Positions 1 through 13,147 of a DNA stretch of 64,000 nt are shown in pieces (position 1 is the stretch's first letter; each line of letters begins with the position of its first letter). Source of the DNA: Cercozoa sp. M6MM (taxonomy: Eukaryota; Protista; Endomyxa: Ascetosporea); assembly GCA_040357565.1 (NCBI GenBank), contig JBDODJ010000024.1. One strand, given 5' to 3'. The translations under genes and the position numbers were made by a program. The notes below the pieces were generated by a model. That model made no database searches. It saw only the letters and a program-made list of their open reading frames with translations, and was not told where the DNA came from.

Positions 1-64
1 CAACAACCAACGCGCGTTAGCCTACCGAGAGGCGGCGAACCTGACAGGAGTTCGAGTTGCTACG

Positions 65-420
65 TGTTACAGCATGATCTAAATTACTGTATCCGCGCGG
101 AAGCCACTTTAACACTTTGATGCGTGTTTCACTGGTATCCTGACCTACCGAGAGCTTCAGTCCAGACTGTGGAACCTGTGTTTGAGTAAGGAAGCCTGGA
201 GCAAGCTTTTGCAGCTGAACTCAAAAAAGGGCTCTCTCTCGACCAGGTAATCTGATCCCTCCAGGACCAGTTGCCTCTGCTTCTACCCGTCCTCTGCCTT
301 TCCAGAGGCTTTTTCTTCTTTCTTCTTTCCTCTTCTTTATTTCACGCCGACTCACGTCAATAACAACATCTGACGGGTGTCTTTCCCGTCTTGGGGCTTT
401 TCACTCTTTCATACTCGACT
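65..420 (+). mobile_element. Degenerate copy of the LTR-like repeat family (3' end not defined)
   Basis: Starts TGTTAC at 65. Shares collinear blocks with 30653-31194: TCCGCGCGGAAG, CACTTTGA, CCTGACCT..CCGAGAG, CCTGTGTTTG, GAGCAAG, GGCTCTCT..ACCAGGTAA, a pyrimidine run and TCTTGGGG. No 3' terminus or TSD found. Confidence 0.55.
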
Positions 421-563
421 GACACTTGGCCATTCTCCCTCCAAAACAGACAACCAAAAACTGAAAAACGACGCGATCAAATCGATACCAGACGAGCGGA
501 GGCATGCGATGCATATTGTACGAATAACGTAAGTAGGTACGCTGGTCAACCAGAACGTTCGGT

Positions 564-799
564 TCAGTTATCGATTCGATTGTTACGTTGGGCCACGACA
601 AAGACGGCGACGGCACCGCCCAAAACACCGCCGTGTCCGGCACAAACGACGCGCCTCCGACCGAGACTGCACGTGCAGGTCCAGTAACATTGGGGCACAT
701 TGACCGACCCATCGAGAAAGCAAACAGCTATACTTGAGTACGGCAAGGCTTCCACAGGCTGCCGGAATGTTCTCCAACTGCAGGTAAAGGATAAAAGGA

Positions 800-849
<50 letters not shown>

Positions 850-949
850 NNNNNNNNNNNNNNNNNNNNNNNNNNNNNNNNNNNNNNNNNNNNNNNNNNN
901 NNNNNNNNNNNNNNNNNNNNNNNNNNNNNNNNNNNNNNNNNNNNNNNNN

Positions 950-993
<44 letters not shown>

Positions 994-1682
994 ACACAGG
1001 CACACACACGCGCCTGCTTATATAGTGCAAACAACGCAAGAAGACAAACCTCATAAGTGATCGGTCGCCGGTAGCCAATGTGAGCGAACTCGATCTGCCA
1101 GTCGTCGTTGTCGCTGCTGACGTTGCCGCTGCCAGTCACGCTGCTCGTGTCGTCCGGGGTCTCCTCGTGCGTGTCGTACGGGTCACTGGTGGTCACCACT
1201 GGGTGACTCCACTGCTGCGACTGTCCGGACTGATCCTGTTGCTGACTCCTCTGATCCTGTTGCTGCTGCGCTGTCTCTGGAGATGACTCGACCGACCCCC
1301 TGGCAAATCTGAGCACACAGAATACTACATGCACAGACACTGACGCCTACGCATGTGTGTGCATGCGGTACGAGCGTGCCAGCAAAATAAGCGCCATGCC
1401 GCTAAGTAGCACGAGCACTAGGTTTCGCCATGAGTGTCCTCGTGCACTGCTTTCGATTCCTGCATAACTCGTATTCGGTCGGTCGCGAGCAGACATAGCT
1501 CGGTGAGGCAGAACAACTGTACTCTCGCGCTCGTAACTTCGTTCCCGTTGTTGTTCGACATCGTCACTCTGACAAACATGGCAGCTCGCTCCAGGCCAAT
1601 GAGTGTGGTCACAACTTACAAACTCGTCGAGTTCGTCCTCGTCATACAGGAGACCCTGCAGTTCCTGTGATGTCTCTGACAT
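564..1682 (-). CDS. Hypothetical protein with one predicted TM segment (multi-exon; 3' end uncertain)
   Basis: ATG at 1682 (MSETSQELQGLLYDEDELDEF) followed by a GTAAGT donor; hydrophobic LVLVLLSGMALILLA; Q/S/D-rich exon at about 1050-1310. No family recognised. Confidence 0.5.
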
Positions 1683-2218
1683 AGGCTAACGCCGGCAACG
1701 AGTGTGCCTAGTCAAATGTCTGGGCTGCGCACACACCAGGTCACCACCACTCGATAGCGCTAAGCCCAGCGCAAGTGCCCGATCATTTTTAATTCAGGTT
1801 GAGCTTGACCACCGGCACCACCTCAGGATGAACATGCACTGTCCAGTGTCCGCTGTACGTTAGGGTAAAGAGTCGTGGGTCAGCTCTCAATGTGCAGTTT
1901 GACGCACAAAATGCGGGTTGCTGTACCAACTGACGCAAAAAACAATCATGCGATAATATCATTCTTGGCAACAACATTCAGTTGATGGACTTCCTTTGAT
2001 CCAGAATTGTCAAAGACCGAGCCGAATTATCAAAAGCACGCTCTGAGGTTTGTAGCGCCTGAGCACCCACCGAGCGGTCTAAGATTATCGTTGGGACCAT
2101 TTTGTGACGTATTACTACTCCACCAGGTTTGTGCTCTTTTGTCAATGTATATTCCCAGAGTGTATTGACAATAATTGTTTTTCAGTTGTTAGCAGCTAGT
2201 TGCGTTGCAGCATTCGAG

Positions 2219-3819
2219 ATGGGGCAAAGTTTCAGCTACGAAAAGTACAAGGTGCAGTGCAAGTGTGCGGTGGCCCGCATCACGCAGGTGAATAACAAGA
2301 AGCTAAACCTGAATAAGATCGAGCGGCGTGCGATCGCAGGCCTCCTTAAGGATGGCAAAGAGGACACGGCACTCATCCGAATTGAGGTAGGCGCGAAAGA
2401 GCTTTTGTAGGTGCTTGTTTGTCCGGTCAATGAGTTGACATGACGGCAGGGTGTCATTCGGACTGAGCGGCTGATCAAAGTACTTGAGGTCGTGCAGGTC
2501 ATGTGTGAGGTATGCGGTTCCATATCTGTGCGGCACTCAGCATTCTCACTGCATGTGCTTGCACAGATGCTGATCCAGCGCGCTGGTTTAGTGCGTACGT
2601 CGAAAACACCGCCATCTGACATGGAGGAAGCCATGGCCACAATTATCTATGCGGTACGCTGTCAGCACAATCTAGTGTAAACAAGCACTCGTCTAAAACA
2701 GGCCCCACGAGTGGATGAAGTGCCCGAACTGCGCGAAATCGCCGTTCAGCTGCGCCTCAAGTACGCTATTCTCAACACAAGGTTGCATGCACATTTGTGA
2801 TGACAATCTGGGGGGTGTAGGTTTGGCGACAAGTGGCTGCAAGCCATTCGGGAAAATCGCATGAATAACGTGCGGGCCGGTAAGTGGATTCGTTGCCAGT
2901 TAGTCTCGATGTTGCACCTTTTGCTGTTGCTGTTGTTGCAGATGTTGTTGAGTTCCTCGGCGTTACTCCTCCGGTGCGTTGCTAGCATGTGCATCTTGGT
3001 GGCTATCTTGATGGTTTGTGCTGCCCCGCAGAGAAGAGGCGTGGTTCTAGACACGCTGGCTGGTGTGTCGGGCGAGTTCAACTGCCACTGGAAGCGTCCG
3101 GTTCTGGACGAACTCGAGGACCTTGTACCACTCGTATAACACTTGTATCGGTACGCCTCATTTCACTGTGGTTTTTGCCGCGAGTAGGAACAGGAACAGG
3201 AGCAGCAAGCCGAAGCAGAGGCAGAGGCGAATACGGACGCCGTTGAGCGAGAGCAAGAGGCCATCAAGCAGCAGGTGTCGTGTGTATAAGTTGTGTCTCT
3301 GGGATATGTGCAAAAGATTCGCACAAATGTTGACAGGAATTCGAGGAGCAGCAGCGGATTCGCATGCAGTTGCAACAGCAGCAGCAGCAACTCGCACTTC
3401 AGCAGGAGGTAGCTCTCTAGCAGTGTGTTAGTGCTTGTGCATGTATACTCCCCTTGTCCACATGCGTAGCAACTCAACATGCTTCAAGACCAGCAGGTGC
3501 GACAACTGCAGGTATCAGGCGTTTATCCGTCATCCGTTCGCGTGTGCTTGACCCTCCCGTGTGTACTTCAGCAAAAGCCGCCAGCAACGGCGCCGACCGC
3601 CCTGCCGGACGCACCGACTGGTGTCAATCCCACGAACTCCAGCAGCGCCGTTGGCAACAGCGACAACAACGACCACGATGAGCCTCATGGTAGTAGCCAC
3701 TATTTTTCACTCACCTGAAACAGAAGCATGCACTCTGGACGACACCTGTAGATGAAGATCTTGATGGTCCTGACTTTGACGACCTTGAGCGTCGCTTCCG
3801 CGACCTTCGTGACATGTAA
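2219..3819 (+). CDS. IST1: IST1, ESCRT-III-associated regulator of VPS4
   Basis: Spliced product: MGQSFSYEKYKVQCKCAVARI...IAGLLKDGKEDTALIRIE|GVIRTERLIKVLEVVQVMCE|...MEEAMATIIYA|APRVDEVPELREIAVQLRLKFG. The C-terminus PDFDDLERRFRDLRDM* is a MIM-like motif. Confidence 0.92.
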
Positions 3820-4163
3820 AAAGTGCACGGCACTTCGTTTGTGGGGCACTTCCCACTGTGAAGCCTAGTTCCAAACCTCGCTCTAAACAAGTTCAATAAA
3901 TGTAAACTTATAAACACTTTGAGCATGTCTAATACCGCAGAGCGAGCAGCATGCAGTGAAAATTGTGATACCGATCAAACGACACTGTAAATCATGACGT
4001 GATACGCACGGCAGTCGAAGTTAATGTTCACGTCATATTATACATTTTTTGTTTGGTAAAATAAATCTATAGGCTTTAGTAGCGAGGAAAGACCGTCCGG
4101 TTGAATCGCTCTCGAGCACAAGCGAAGGGCGGACGAGGTCAAGAATGCATCATGCGAGTGCGG

Positions 4164-5200
<1,037 letters not shown>

Positions 5201-5929
5201 ACGACTAGGACAGAACTGAGCGCGAAAGACAGCACCGCAACCAATGGGCGCCAGTTTTCGCTAAAACACAAGCTTCGCAAAAGTGCTTTTCGATCAGAAT
5301 CGTTTTTGCAAGCTCACGCCCTGCCAAATGCTCTGTTAAAACACCAGGCCGTCAATCTGCGCACACACGCTGCCAATTCGCTAGCTTCCTCGGCATCAGT
5401 GCCCGCAGGTAAATGAGAAAAACCCGAACTTCCGAATCTGGAGAGAAAAATACAAAAAAAAACGACCCAGCCCCACGACCAACCAAAAAGGAAACCCAGA
5501 AGAAAATAACGGCGCAAGATCCAGAGAAACGGCCGAGAGGTACCGGGTTGTGCTCGTTTTTACCAAAACACAACGCGCACGTGACGCACAAACAAGAGAG
5601 CACAAAAAGATACGGACAAAAAAGAGAGCCGCATGTCTCAACGGCTACTCAGGCATTCAAGCATACGTACCGAAACAACGTTTTCTCTTGGCACTGTAGA
5701 CGATCTCGCTCAGCGTCGTAAGGCCAGGTGGCTCGAAAGGATCGAGATGTTACTATCGGCTCAGGATTTTTGATTCTCGGCTTCAAATCTGAACAACAAC
5801 TGTGCCGTATCGATACTTTCACCAGTCCCGATAGGCAGAGAGGTTGTGCTCGTTACTTGTTGTTTAAATTGACTCCGATCCACGCCGCGCAGCACACGGA
5901 ATTCTGTTGAAATAATTCGAGACGACAGC

Positions 5930-6564
5930 ATGGTGAAAAAGCGGCCGAAGCCAGACTTTGTCCGGAAGCGCCGCAAGGTTGGCAAGAAGGCGCCACCTGC
6001 TGTACACATGGAACTATACCAGCGGCATTGCATGCAATTGTTATCACGTGCGCTTTTGTGCGCTACAGGCATCAAATACGAAGACGTCGTTTTCGACGCG
6101 TCGCATCTTTGTCTCGGCACAGTCGGTCGGTGCAGCAGCACAGCAGGCGAAGAAAGAGGCGCTGCTTGCGACACAGCGGCGGCAGACTCTGAGTGAATTG
6201 CTGCGCAAGTACGGGCATCCGCGTCCAGGTGTCAGGTTGGAGGTGCGTGCGCTAACCACCCCCGAATACTCTTTTGTGTGATGCTTGTCGTGCACTTGAC
6301 CCACTCAGGCCTTGCGTGGTCTGCGTGAAGTTCTGCAGCGTCAGGCGAAAGAAGCCGCCGAGGCAGAACTTCCTGTGTGTTTAACCGGTTTCACAAACAC
6401 AGGTTGTAATATCCATTATGCGTATTTCCACAGGCGTTGTTGCGAACTGCGAGTGAGGGAGTGCGCGATTCCGACGGCAAGTGCCGCAACATGGCGTTGT
6501 TGTTGTGGGACGATTTACTCAGCGCTGTCAACGTGCGTGTCAGTGACTCATCGTACTTTGTGAC

Positions 6565-6637
<73 letters not shown>

Positions 6638-8065
6638 CGGCAGAAGCGACGAAGCCAATGCAGTTTTGGAGCCGTTTCTGCCACTGATCGCTGCTCATTT
6701 GGGCACGGGTTTGTCGCACGCGAGTGAGTCGGTGCCGCGCGATGCTTTGCGTGCGCTGGGCAAGCTGGTGTCCTGGGGCGACGGCACACTACTCTGGCGT
6801 GGCGAGAAGCGCCGCGTGCTGACACCGCTCATGACGCACGTCGCTGCCTGCTGCACGCGTTTTCAGGCGAGCTGTGGTGCTTTCCCTTGCTAGTACTTCT
6901 TGATGCTCATAACTTGACCCTATCGCTTTGGTACAGGTGCCGAATTTCTTTTCACGCATGCGTCGGAGAAGCCGTGGTACAGGTGGCCTTGCGAGGACGC
7001 TACTTCGCTGAGCACACCCGACAGACGCATTGAGGAGGACGAAAGGCAAGAGCAACAGGAACAAGAAGAAGACGGCGATGATGGCGACGACGAGGTTTCG
7101 CCACCGCCACGGAAGCGACAGCGACGCATGTCGCACAGCACAAACTCCTCCTCAGCTTCGTCATCTGCATCTTCTTCTTTCTCGGCCAGCGCACGCAACA
7201 AAAAGAGCAAGAGCAAGCATGCCTCCGCACTCTTCGTGCCAGAGTTGCTTTTCATTCTGCGTCGTTTGGTGCGTGCTGCTCCCTTCGTCACGGGTCAAGA
7301 AACCTCGGTACTTCGGACCTTTTGTTTTCCCTACCTTTTACTTTTGTCCATGTAGGCCAACTCTACCGGCCGAGTAATCGGTCTGGCCGATATGAAGGAC
7401 AACATGTGGCACAATCCGCGCTTCCACACGACGATTCAGGTGCCCGAGCAGCCTGACATGGTGCAAAGTGCCCTTGCAGTTGCCTGCTTAAAATATTGGT
7501 GGATTCAATGGTTGTTTTGTGTCTGCTGTTGTAGCAATACTGCTACGTCAGGCAGCAGGCAGGAAGTGCGCATGTGCGCTCGTTGAACTCGTTGCTGTCG
7601 CAGCCGATCCGTCGCTCGCAGTGGGCGCGACGACTCAGCGTCACTGCCGCTGGTGGCAGTGCCACCGGCAGTGATAGCTACAACAGTCGCGCCGTCGATG
7701 AGGCCGCGCAGCACGACGAGTGGTCGCCGATCCGAGCCACTCTGCGCACGGTGCTGCGGGCGGTGCTCACGATGCTCGTGCAGATCCGGCCTCGTGAGGA
7801 CGAGCTGCAGGAGTTGCTGCTCATGGAGGAAGACAACGCCGACGTTGACAAGGACGCGGACAGCACCGACCAGCAGCCTCTGCCGTGCCCGCCTCACCTG
7901 CGAGTTCTCCGTGCCGGCACACAACTGCTCCGCGAAATCATTGCCACTGTCGACGTCGCTACCGACTCGGAGGAACAGTCAGATGATGTTGTGCAGACAG
8001 AGAACGGCGTCGTCACCTTCACTTCACTCGCGTCGCTGCAAAAGCAGTACCGCGATAGCGACTGA
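5930..8065 (+). CDS. IPI1: Pre-rRNA-processing protein Ipi1/TEX10 (Rix1 complex)
   Basis: N-terminus MVKKRPKPDFVRKRRKVGKKAPPA|ASNTKTSFSTRRIFVSAQS, then LSELLRKYGHPRPGVRLEALRGLRE and LEPFLPLIAAHLGTGLSHASESVPRDAL, matching the Ipi1_N pattern. Confidence 0.88.
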
Positions 8066-8284
8066 CCCTTGACCGTTCGCTTGGTGCTTGAGGCGACGTG
8101 TGTGCGGTAATCAGCGAATGCATACATATCGATATACTACACGTCGCGTGACGTCCGTGTAGATGCTGAGTTAGTTTGCTGTAGTTTTGTTTCTGCTGTT
8201 TCCGTTCTGACATGCTCAATTTCAGGCGAACCTCGAGAACCAGCTAGGCAGAGTAAATTACTCTTTGGGACACAGATTACTCTG

Positions 8285-8455
8285 CCCGCTACCTGCACCA
8301 ACCATGAAGTCGACTTCGATGTCTGGGGAACGTCAAAAGGGGAGCGGTATGGTCCTACCCTAAGCGGGCGGTAGACACGGCCATGCTCTTGTGACCCACC
8401 CCAGACTGGTGCAGGGGAACTACATAGTTGGTTTCCTAGAAGACTCAACTAACTA
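8285..8455 (+). mobile_element. Non-LTR retroelement 3' fragment (SINE or 5'-truncated LINE), copy 1
   Basis: 15-bp TSD ACACAGATTACTCTG at 8270-8284 and 8456-8470. Ends in (CTAA)n. Only three substitutions versus the shared part of the copy at 20996-21228. Confidence 0.88.
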
Positions 8456-8568
8456 ACACAGATTACTCTGATTACTGTAAATTTACCAGTTACTCAAACT
8501 ATTCGACATATTACTCGTTACCCAACGATTTCTCGACGGCAGTTTTACCATTTCCACCCACCCCAAGT

Positions 8569-9073
8569 CTACTTGGATGAGGAGGGAGAGAAAGCAGCAA
8601 ATGAAAACAGTAGTGCTGAAGTCACGGCCGCAACGAGAAGGGTGGCTATCCAAGACTGTCCACAAAGTATCAGTTTAAACAAGCATGCCTGCCGCTACCG
8701 ATGCGAAAATTGAGAGTGTAAGTCACCGCAAACACGCGCGAGAAGAGCGACCAGTTGACGGCGCGTTTGCGCTGCGACTCGGTGCAAGCGACCCCGATTG
8801 TAGCTCCCACTTGGCTGCAAAGGAACAACGGTAAAGCAAATCAGGGAAACACAGCGATGGAGGAAGCCAGCTGAAAGTGCACCAATGAGTGGTCGACACG
8901 GGAATGCCTAGTCTTGAAGCAAAGGCAACAACGAATGCCGTCGTAAACTGCATGTGCATGACACTGCCATTCATTTAAAAAGCATGCGTTTGATTTGATT
9001 TACCTGAATGGAAAAGCCGCGTGAAGACGTCACGACCGCCAGTCTGACAAGCAGTATGTCAATGGGTGGGTGG

Positions 9074-9130
<57 letters not shown>

Positions 9131-9140
9131 NNNNNNNNNN

Positions 9141-9188
<48 letters not shown>

Positions 9189-10619
9189 CGCACCTGCAGC
9201 CGACCGCCTCAATAACGCGCCAGCCACACAAACCGAGTCCGAGGACGAGACCAGTCGCTCCGAGCAGCAGCACCCACACTAGAAAGCAAAGCACATGTCC
9301 AAAACAAAACTGAACCCAGCCAGTGAAGAAGAATGCAAAACCCGGCATCGAGGTGTGATTGGGGTGCGCTTCGCCTGTCTTGTAGATCTACCCCAGGTAA
9401 GAAGCAAAGTGAGTGTAAGGAAGCAAAGAATGGCGGGACAGTAAGTTTATATTTACCGCCACTATGGCAGCCAATGGCCCGATGGCGTTGGCAGTGTCAT
9501 TGGCTATTAATACTGTTATCGGCAAACTGTCAAACAAAGGACAAGCTGGTCTGCACCGCCATGCGCAAAGGCGAGGAAGCATGAGGTGGCCACTTGCATC
9601 AGATTGAAGGTTTTCTACCACCGTAACGTGTGTATGTGTAAGGACAAACAAGAACACGTAACTTGAATTTACTTCCGTAGCCTCATCAAACTTCTCGGCA
9701 TTGTCGCGCATCTTCCGCACGTGCTGAAATTAAAGCAAACTCACTTATAATAGGAAAGGGAGATGGTGTACCGAGTCGCGTGCTGCACGTGCGTGCATGT
9801 CGACCTTGCTCTCTTCGATGTCGTCTTCGACGTACTCTTCCTCCTGCAGTTGAAACACTCAGCACACAGATGGTATAAGCACTACCAAAGAGTCTATATA
9901 TATATATATATATATATATGTGTATTAATGTATGTTTCGAGACAAGACAGTACAACTGCTCCGTAGTTGGAGGCGCGAGTCACTTCGCTCAGCAGCGCAT
10001 TGTCGCCTATAGAACGGTTAGCGCAGACTGACACCAAATGGTCGAACACAAGGAAGAAACTACCGCCCATGGACTGCATGGAGTCGCGGTTGTGAAACTC
10101 GGTGTACTTTACTGTCTGCGCAGGTCAGAGACACAAAGTCAAGTCGCAAGACTGTATTTCTTTCCCTCCCGGTGACTTGGAGGTAGTGGCACCTCTGCCG
10201 TCTCGAGTGCAATGGCGGAGACACGCTGCAACCAGCACCAGATGCGACAGTGCCAGTGACCGCAGCACATAAGCAAGGGCATGTATACGACTGGCAAGTC
10301 CTGGGCACTGCGACGCAGAATCGGCACCTATCGTAAACGCGCAGCAGTGCCATACATTTACACTACAGTCAAAGAACTTATTACCACAAAGACGGCAATC
10401 AGCACAGACGCCTGCCAACACAAAGTCAGATAGCAGCTAGTAAATCGAGAAGAAGGACAGTACGGCAGCCGAAACGCCGGCGCAGATCAGAAAAACGATG
10501 CCTGCATTGAGATGCTCCACGAGGTTGTACAGGAAGGGAGCGCCTTTGTAGACGACGAAGAAACTGCAGGTCGTCAGTGTCACCATCGACACCAGCGGCA
10601 GCGCAAACAGTGCTCTCTG

Positions 10620-10666
<47 letters not shown>

Positions 10667-10766
10667 NNNNNNNNNNNNNNNNNNNNNNNNNNNNNNNNNN
10701 NNNNNNNNNNNNNNNNNNNNNNNNNNNNNNNNNNNNNNNNNNNNNNNNNNNNNNNNNNNNNNNNNN

Positions 10767-10809
<43 letters not shown>

Positions 10810-10937
10810 TTACAATCAGAATCACCGTGATACAAATAGACTGGACACAACGTCTATCAATGTATCCTTACCTGCAGAGAAGCCGGGTGCCGCAGAATGT
10901 ATTTTCGCGTGCCACCAAACACCACTGCTCCAGTTGA

Positions 10938-10978
<41 letters not shown>

Positions 10979-11908
10979 AAGAGATCAAGAGATATGGAGC
11001 TGGGAGGGAAAGGTGGTACATATGGCGCACACGGCACTCAGAATCGGCGAGGTCAACCAAGTCGCTGCAGTAGCACCCAAGGTCAGTCCAGTCACACCTT
11101 CTCTGATGAGAGGATTAGTGATAAAGTACAGAAGATCAGCAGCAGGTTCAGCCATTTGATGGCCAGGAACCCTCGTGCAGAGACGGCAAAGCCCACAACG
11201 CCCCCAATGATACTAAAGCGGGGGGGTATGCACCTAGGTACAAGGAAGCCCAGAAACCATAAACTATACCTATGTGTGGTGGAAACAGGGAGAGCCCACT
11301 TGGTCGCAATCGCCAGCCAAGCCATGGCTACGAAAGAAACCACCATCAAAGGACAGTAAAACCGAGCCAAGTTTGCAGTGAATTTACCAGCAAAGAGCGC
11401 GCAAAAAAAGCCAAGCATCAAGCTAAGTTTAACAAAAACAAATGTGCTTTGTTTTGATGAATTCAAACAGAGCAAAGTTAACTAATTTACAGCTCCGGTG
11501 CGTCTTCAAACAGCTCTCCTTTGACGACGCCATCTGCAATCTGCATAAGGAACAGATATACGAAAAGTAACTAAAACTGTATGAAGGCATCGAGTAAGAG
11601 TAGATACGGTGTTCGCGACATGTGTTCCCATTAGCGCAGCACCAGCGAACTCAACTATAGATTTTACACCAAGGGAACCCATTTCAGTTGGCACTTGGAA
11701 AAAACGCCAAACTGGAGTATTGATTTCATTGGATTCATTTACAGATAGCGCCAATCACGACAGCCTGTCTCAAGGTCAAAGCTCTGCTGCCGACGCTCGT
11801 GGCAAAGGCATTGGCCACGTCGTTGGCACCAATCCCGAATGCCATTAGAAAAGCGACAACGATTGACCCTATTAGGAGCCAGTCGTAATCCACAAGTGGG
11901 CCTGACAT
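8569..11908 (-). CDS. Inorganic phosphate transporter, PiT/SLC20/PHO4 family
   Basis: Both signature repeats are present after splicing: FGIGANDVANAFATSVGS...EFAGA...LPVSTTHSIIG and AHGANDTANAIGPL...SRGFSIQ...LGIPVSTTH. Confidence 0.93.
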
Positions 11909-11981
11909 GACTCGCCCCGTCCAAGTTTCGTTGTCGTCTCGCCCTATAGCACTACTCTACTCTACTGCAGTGCCGACACTC

Positions 11982-13095
11982 GATGGCAAAAACAGCCTTG
12001 TTTGAGGATCGAACTGATCGGCACGCCAGACGTTGACCCTAGTTGTCCTAATTGACAACAACAACATTGCAATCCTCTATTACTTGCCTTCACGCCGAGC
12101 TAAAATCTAAATAAGACAGTTTCAGTGCTACTGTGTATCCGCGTTTTGTCACTGGTTCCCCAAGATGCACTGCCTGGCGTTACGGCACTGACCAGTCACT
12201 CGATCGTACTCTATTTCGCACGTTGGCATCTAAGTACTATCTGACGTGACTTGTACTCACGACGCGTTGTATCTGCCAATAACACATTTGATCGTTCTGC
12301 AGAAGTCAGGCGCCATGGTGGCCGGAGAGCTGCTCACGCGAGTAAGATCTCGTTTTCTCTGTCTTTGTTTTGTTGAGTCAGTCGTGTGCCCGAATGCGCA
12401 GGCAGTGCAACAGATGGCGACAGTCAATGTGCCTCGTGGAGGCACGTCTGTCGTCGTGCTCGACATTGTTGTCGACAGTCCGGACAAACTCGTGCTCCAC
12501 GTCAGAGTGCGTCACTGTTTCGTCGAACCAGTTTCTGCTGCTTTTACTTTCCTCTTTTTGCCTGTGCTGTGTTAGGACATCAAGCACGTGACCTCTCATG
12601 TGCACATCGATGCCAGTCTGCGCTCGCGACTCCTGCAACTGTACGGCCGCGAGGGCGCTGGCAGCAGCAGTTTCAGCGAGAGTTTCAATGACCCGTTCGG
12701 CGACAATGCCGGTGACACCGACAAGTCCGAAGGCAACATCAACGCCGTCGTTGGCCGCTGGGTCACTCTGATGCTGCAGCCGGTGCTGTCACTTCTGCCT
12801 GTCTCGCCTCAAGAGACTCGTGCCGCCGCGAGTCGCTTTCACAACGTGCGACAGTTCGTGACACTGCGCTGCACTGCCGTGTTTCCTTCGTTACGCTCCA
12901 AGCCGAGACCCAAAGTGGTACCTCTTGTTTTGACATTATAGACTTCCCACCCACACAAGCAACCTCCTTCCCCGCCCGTTTGCTGAGTGTGAGTTTCCAA
13001 AGGTGTGCGACGCCACTCGCGTGAAAGCCTTGCGCAGCGAACTTGAAGTTTTGTACCGCAGAAGATAGTCCAGTTCGTGTCCGTGTGTGTGTGTG

Positions 13096-13147
<52 letters not shown>

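Noticed and set aside
8285-8455. Hammerhead ribozyme or tRNA-derived SINE head
   Set aside because: No CTGANGA/GAAA core in the right arrangement on either strand, and no recognisable A/B boxes.
11500-11545. Apparent frameshift or stop in PiT, and alternative genetic code generally
   Set aside because: Recounting the bases gives an intact frame (IADGVVKGELFEDAPEL). In the genes I spliced, in-frame stops were removed by GT-AG introns.
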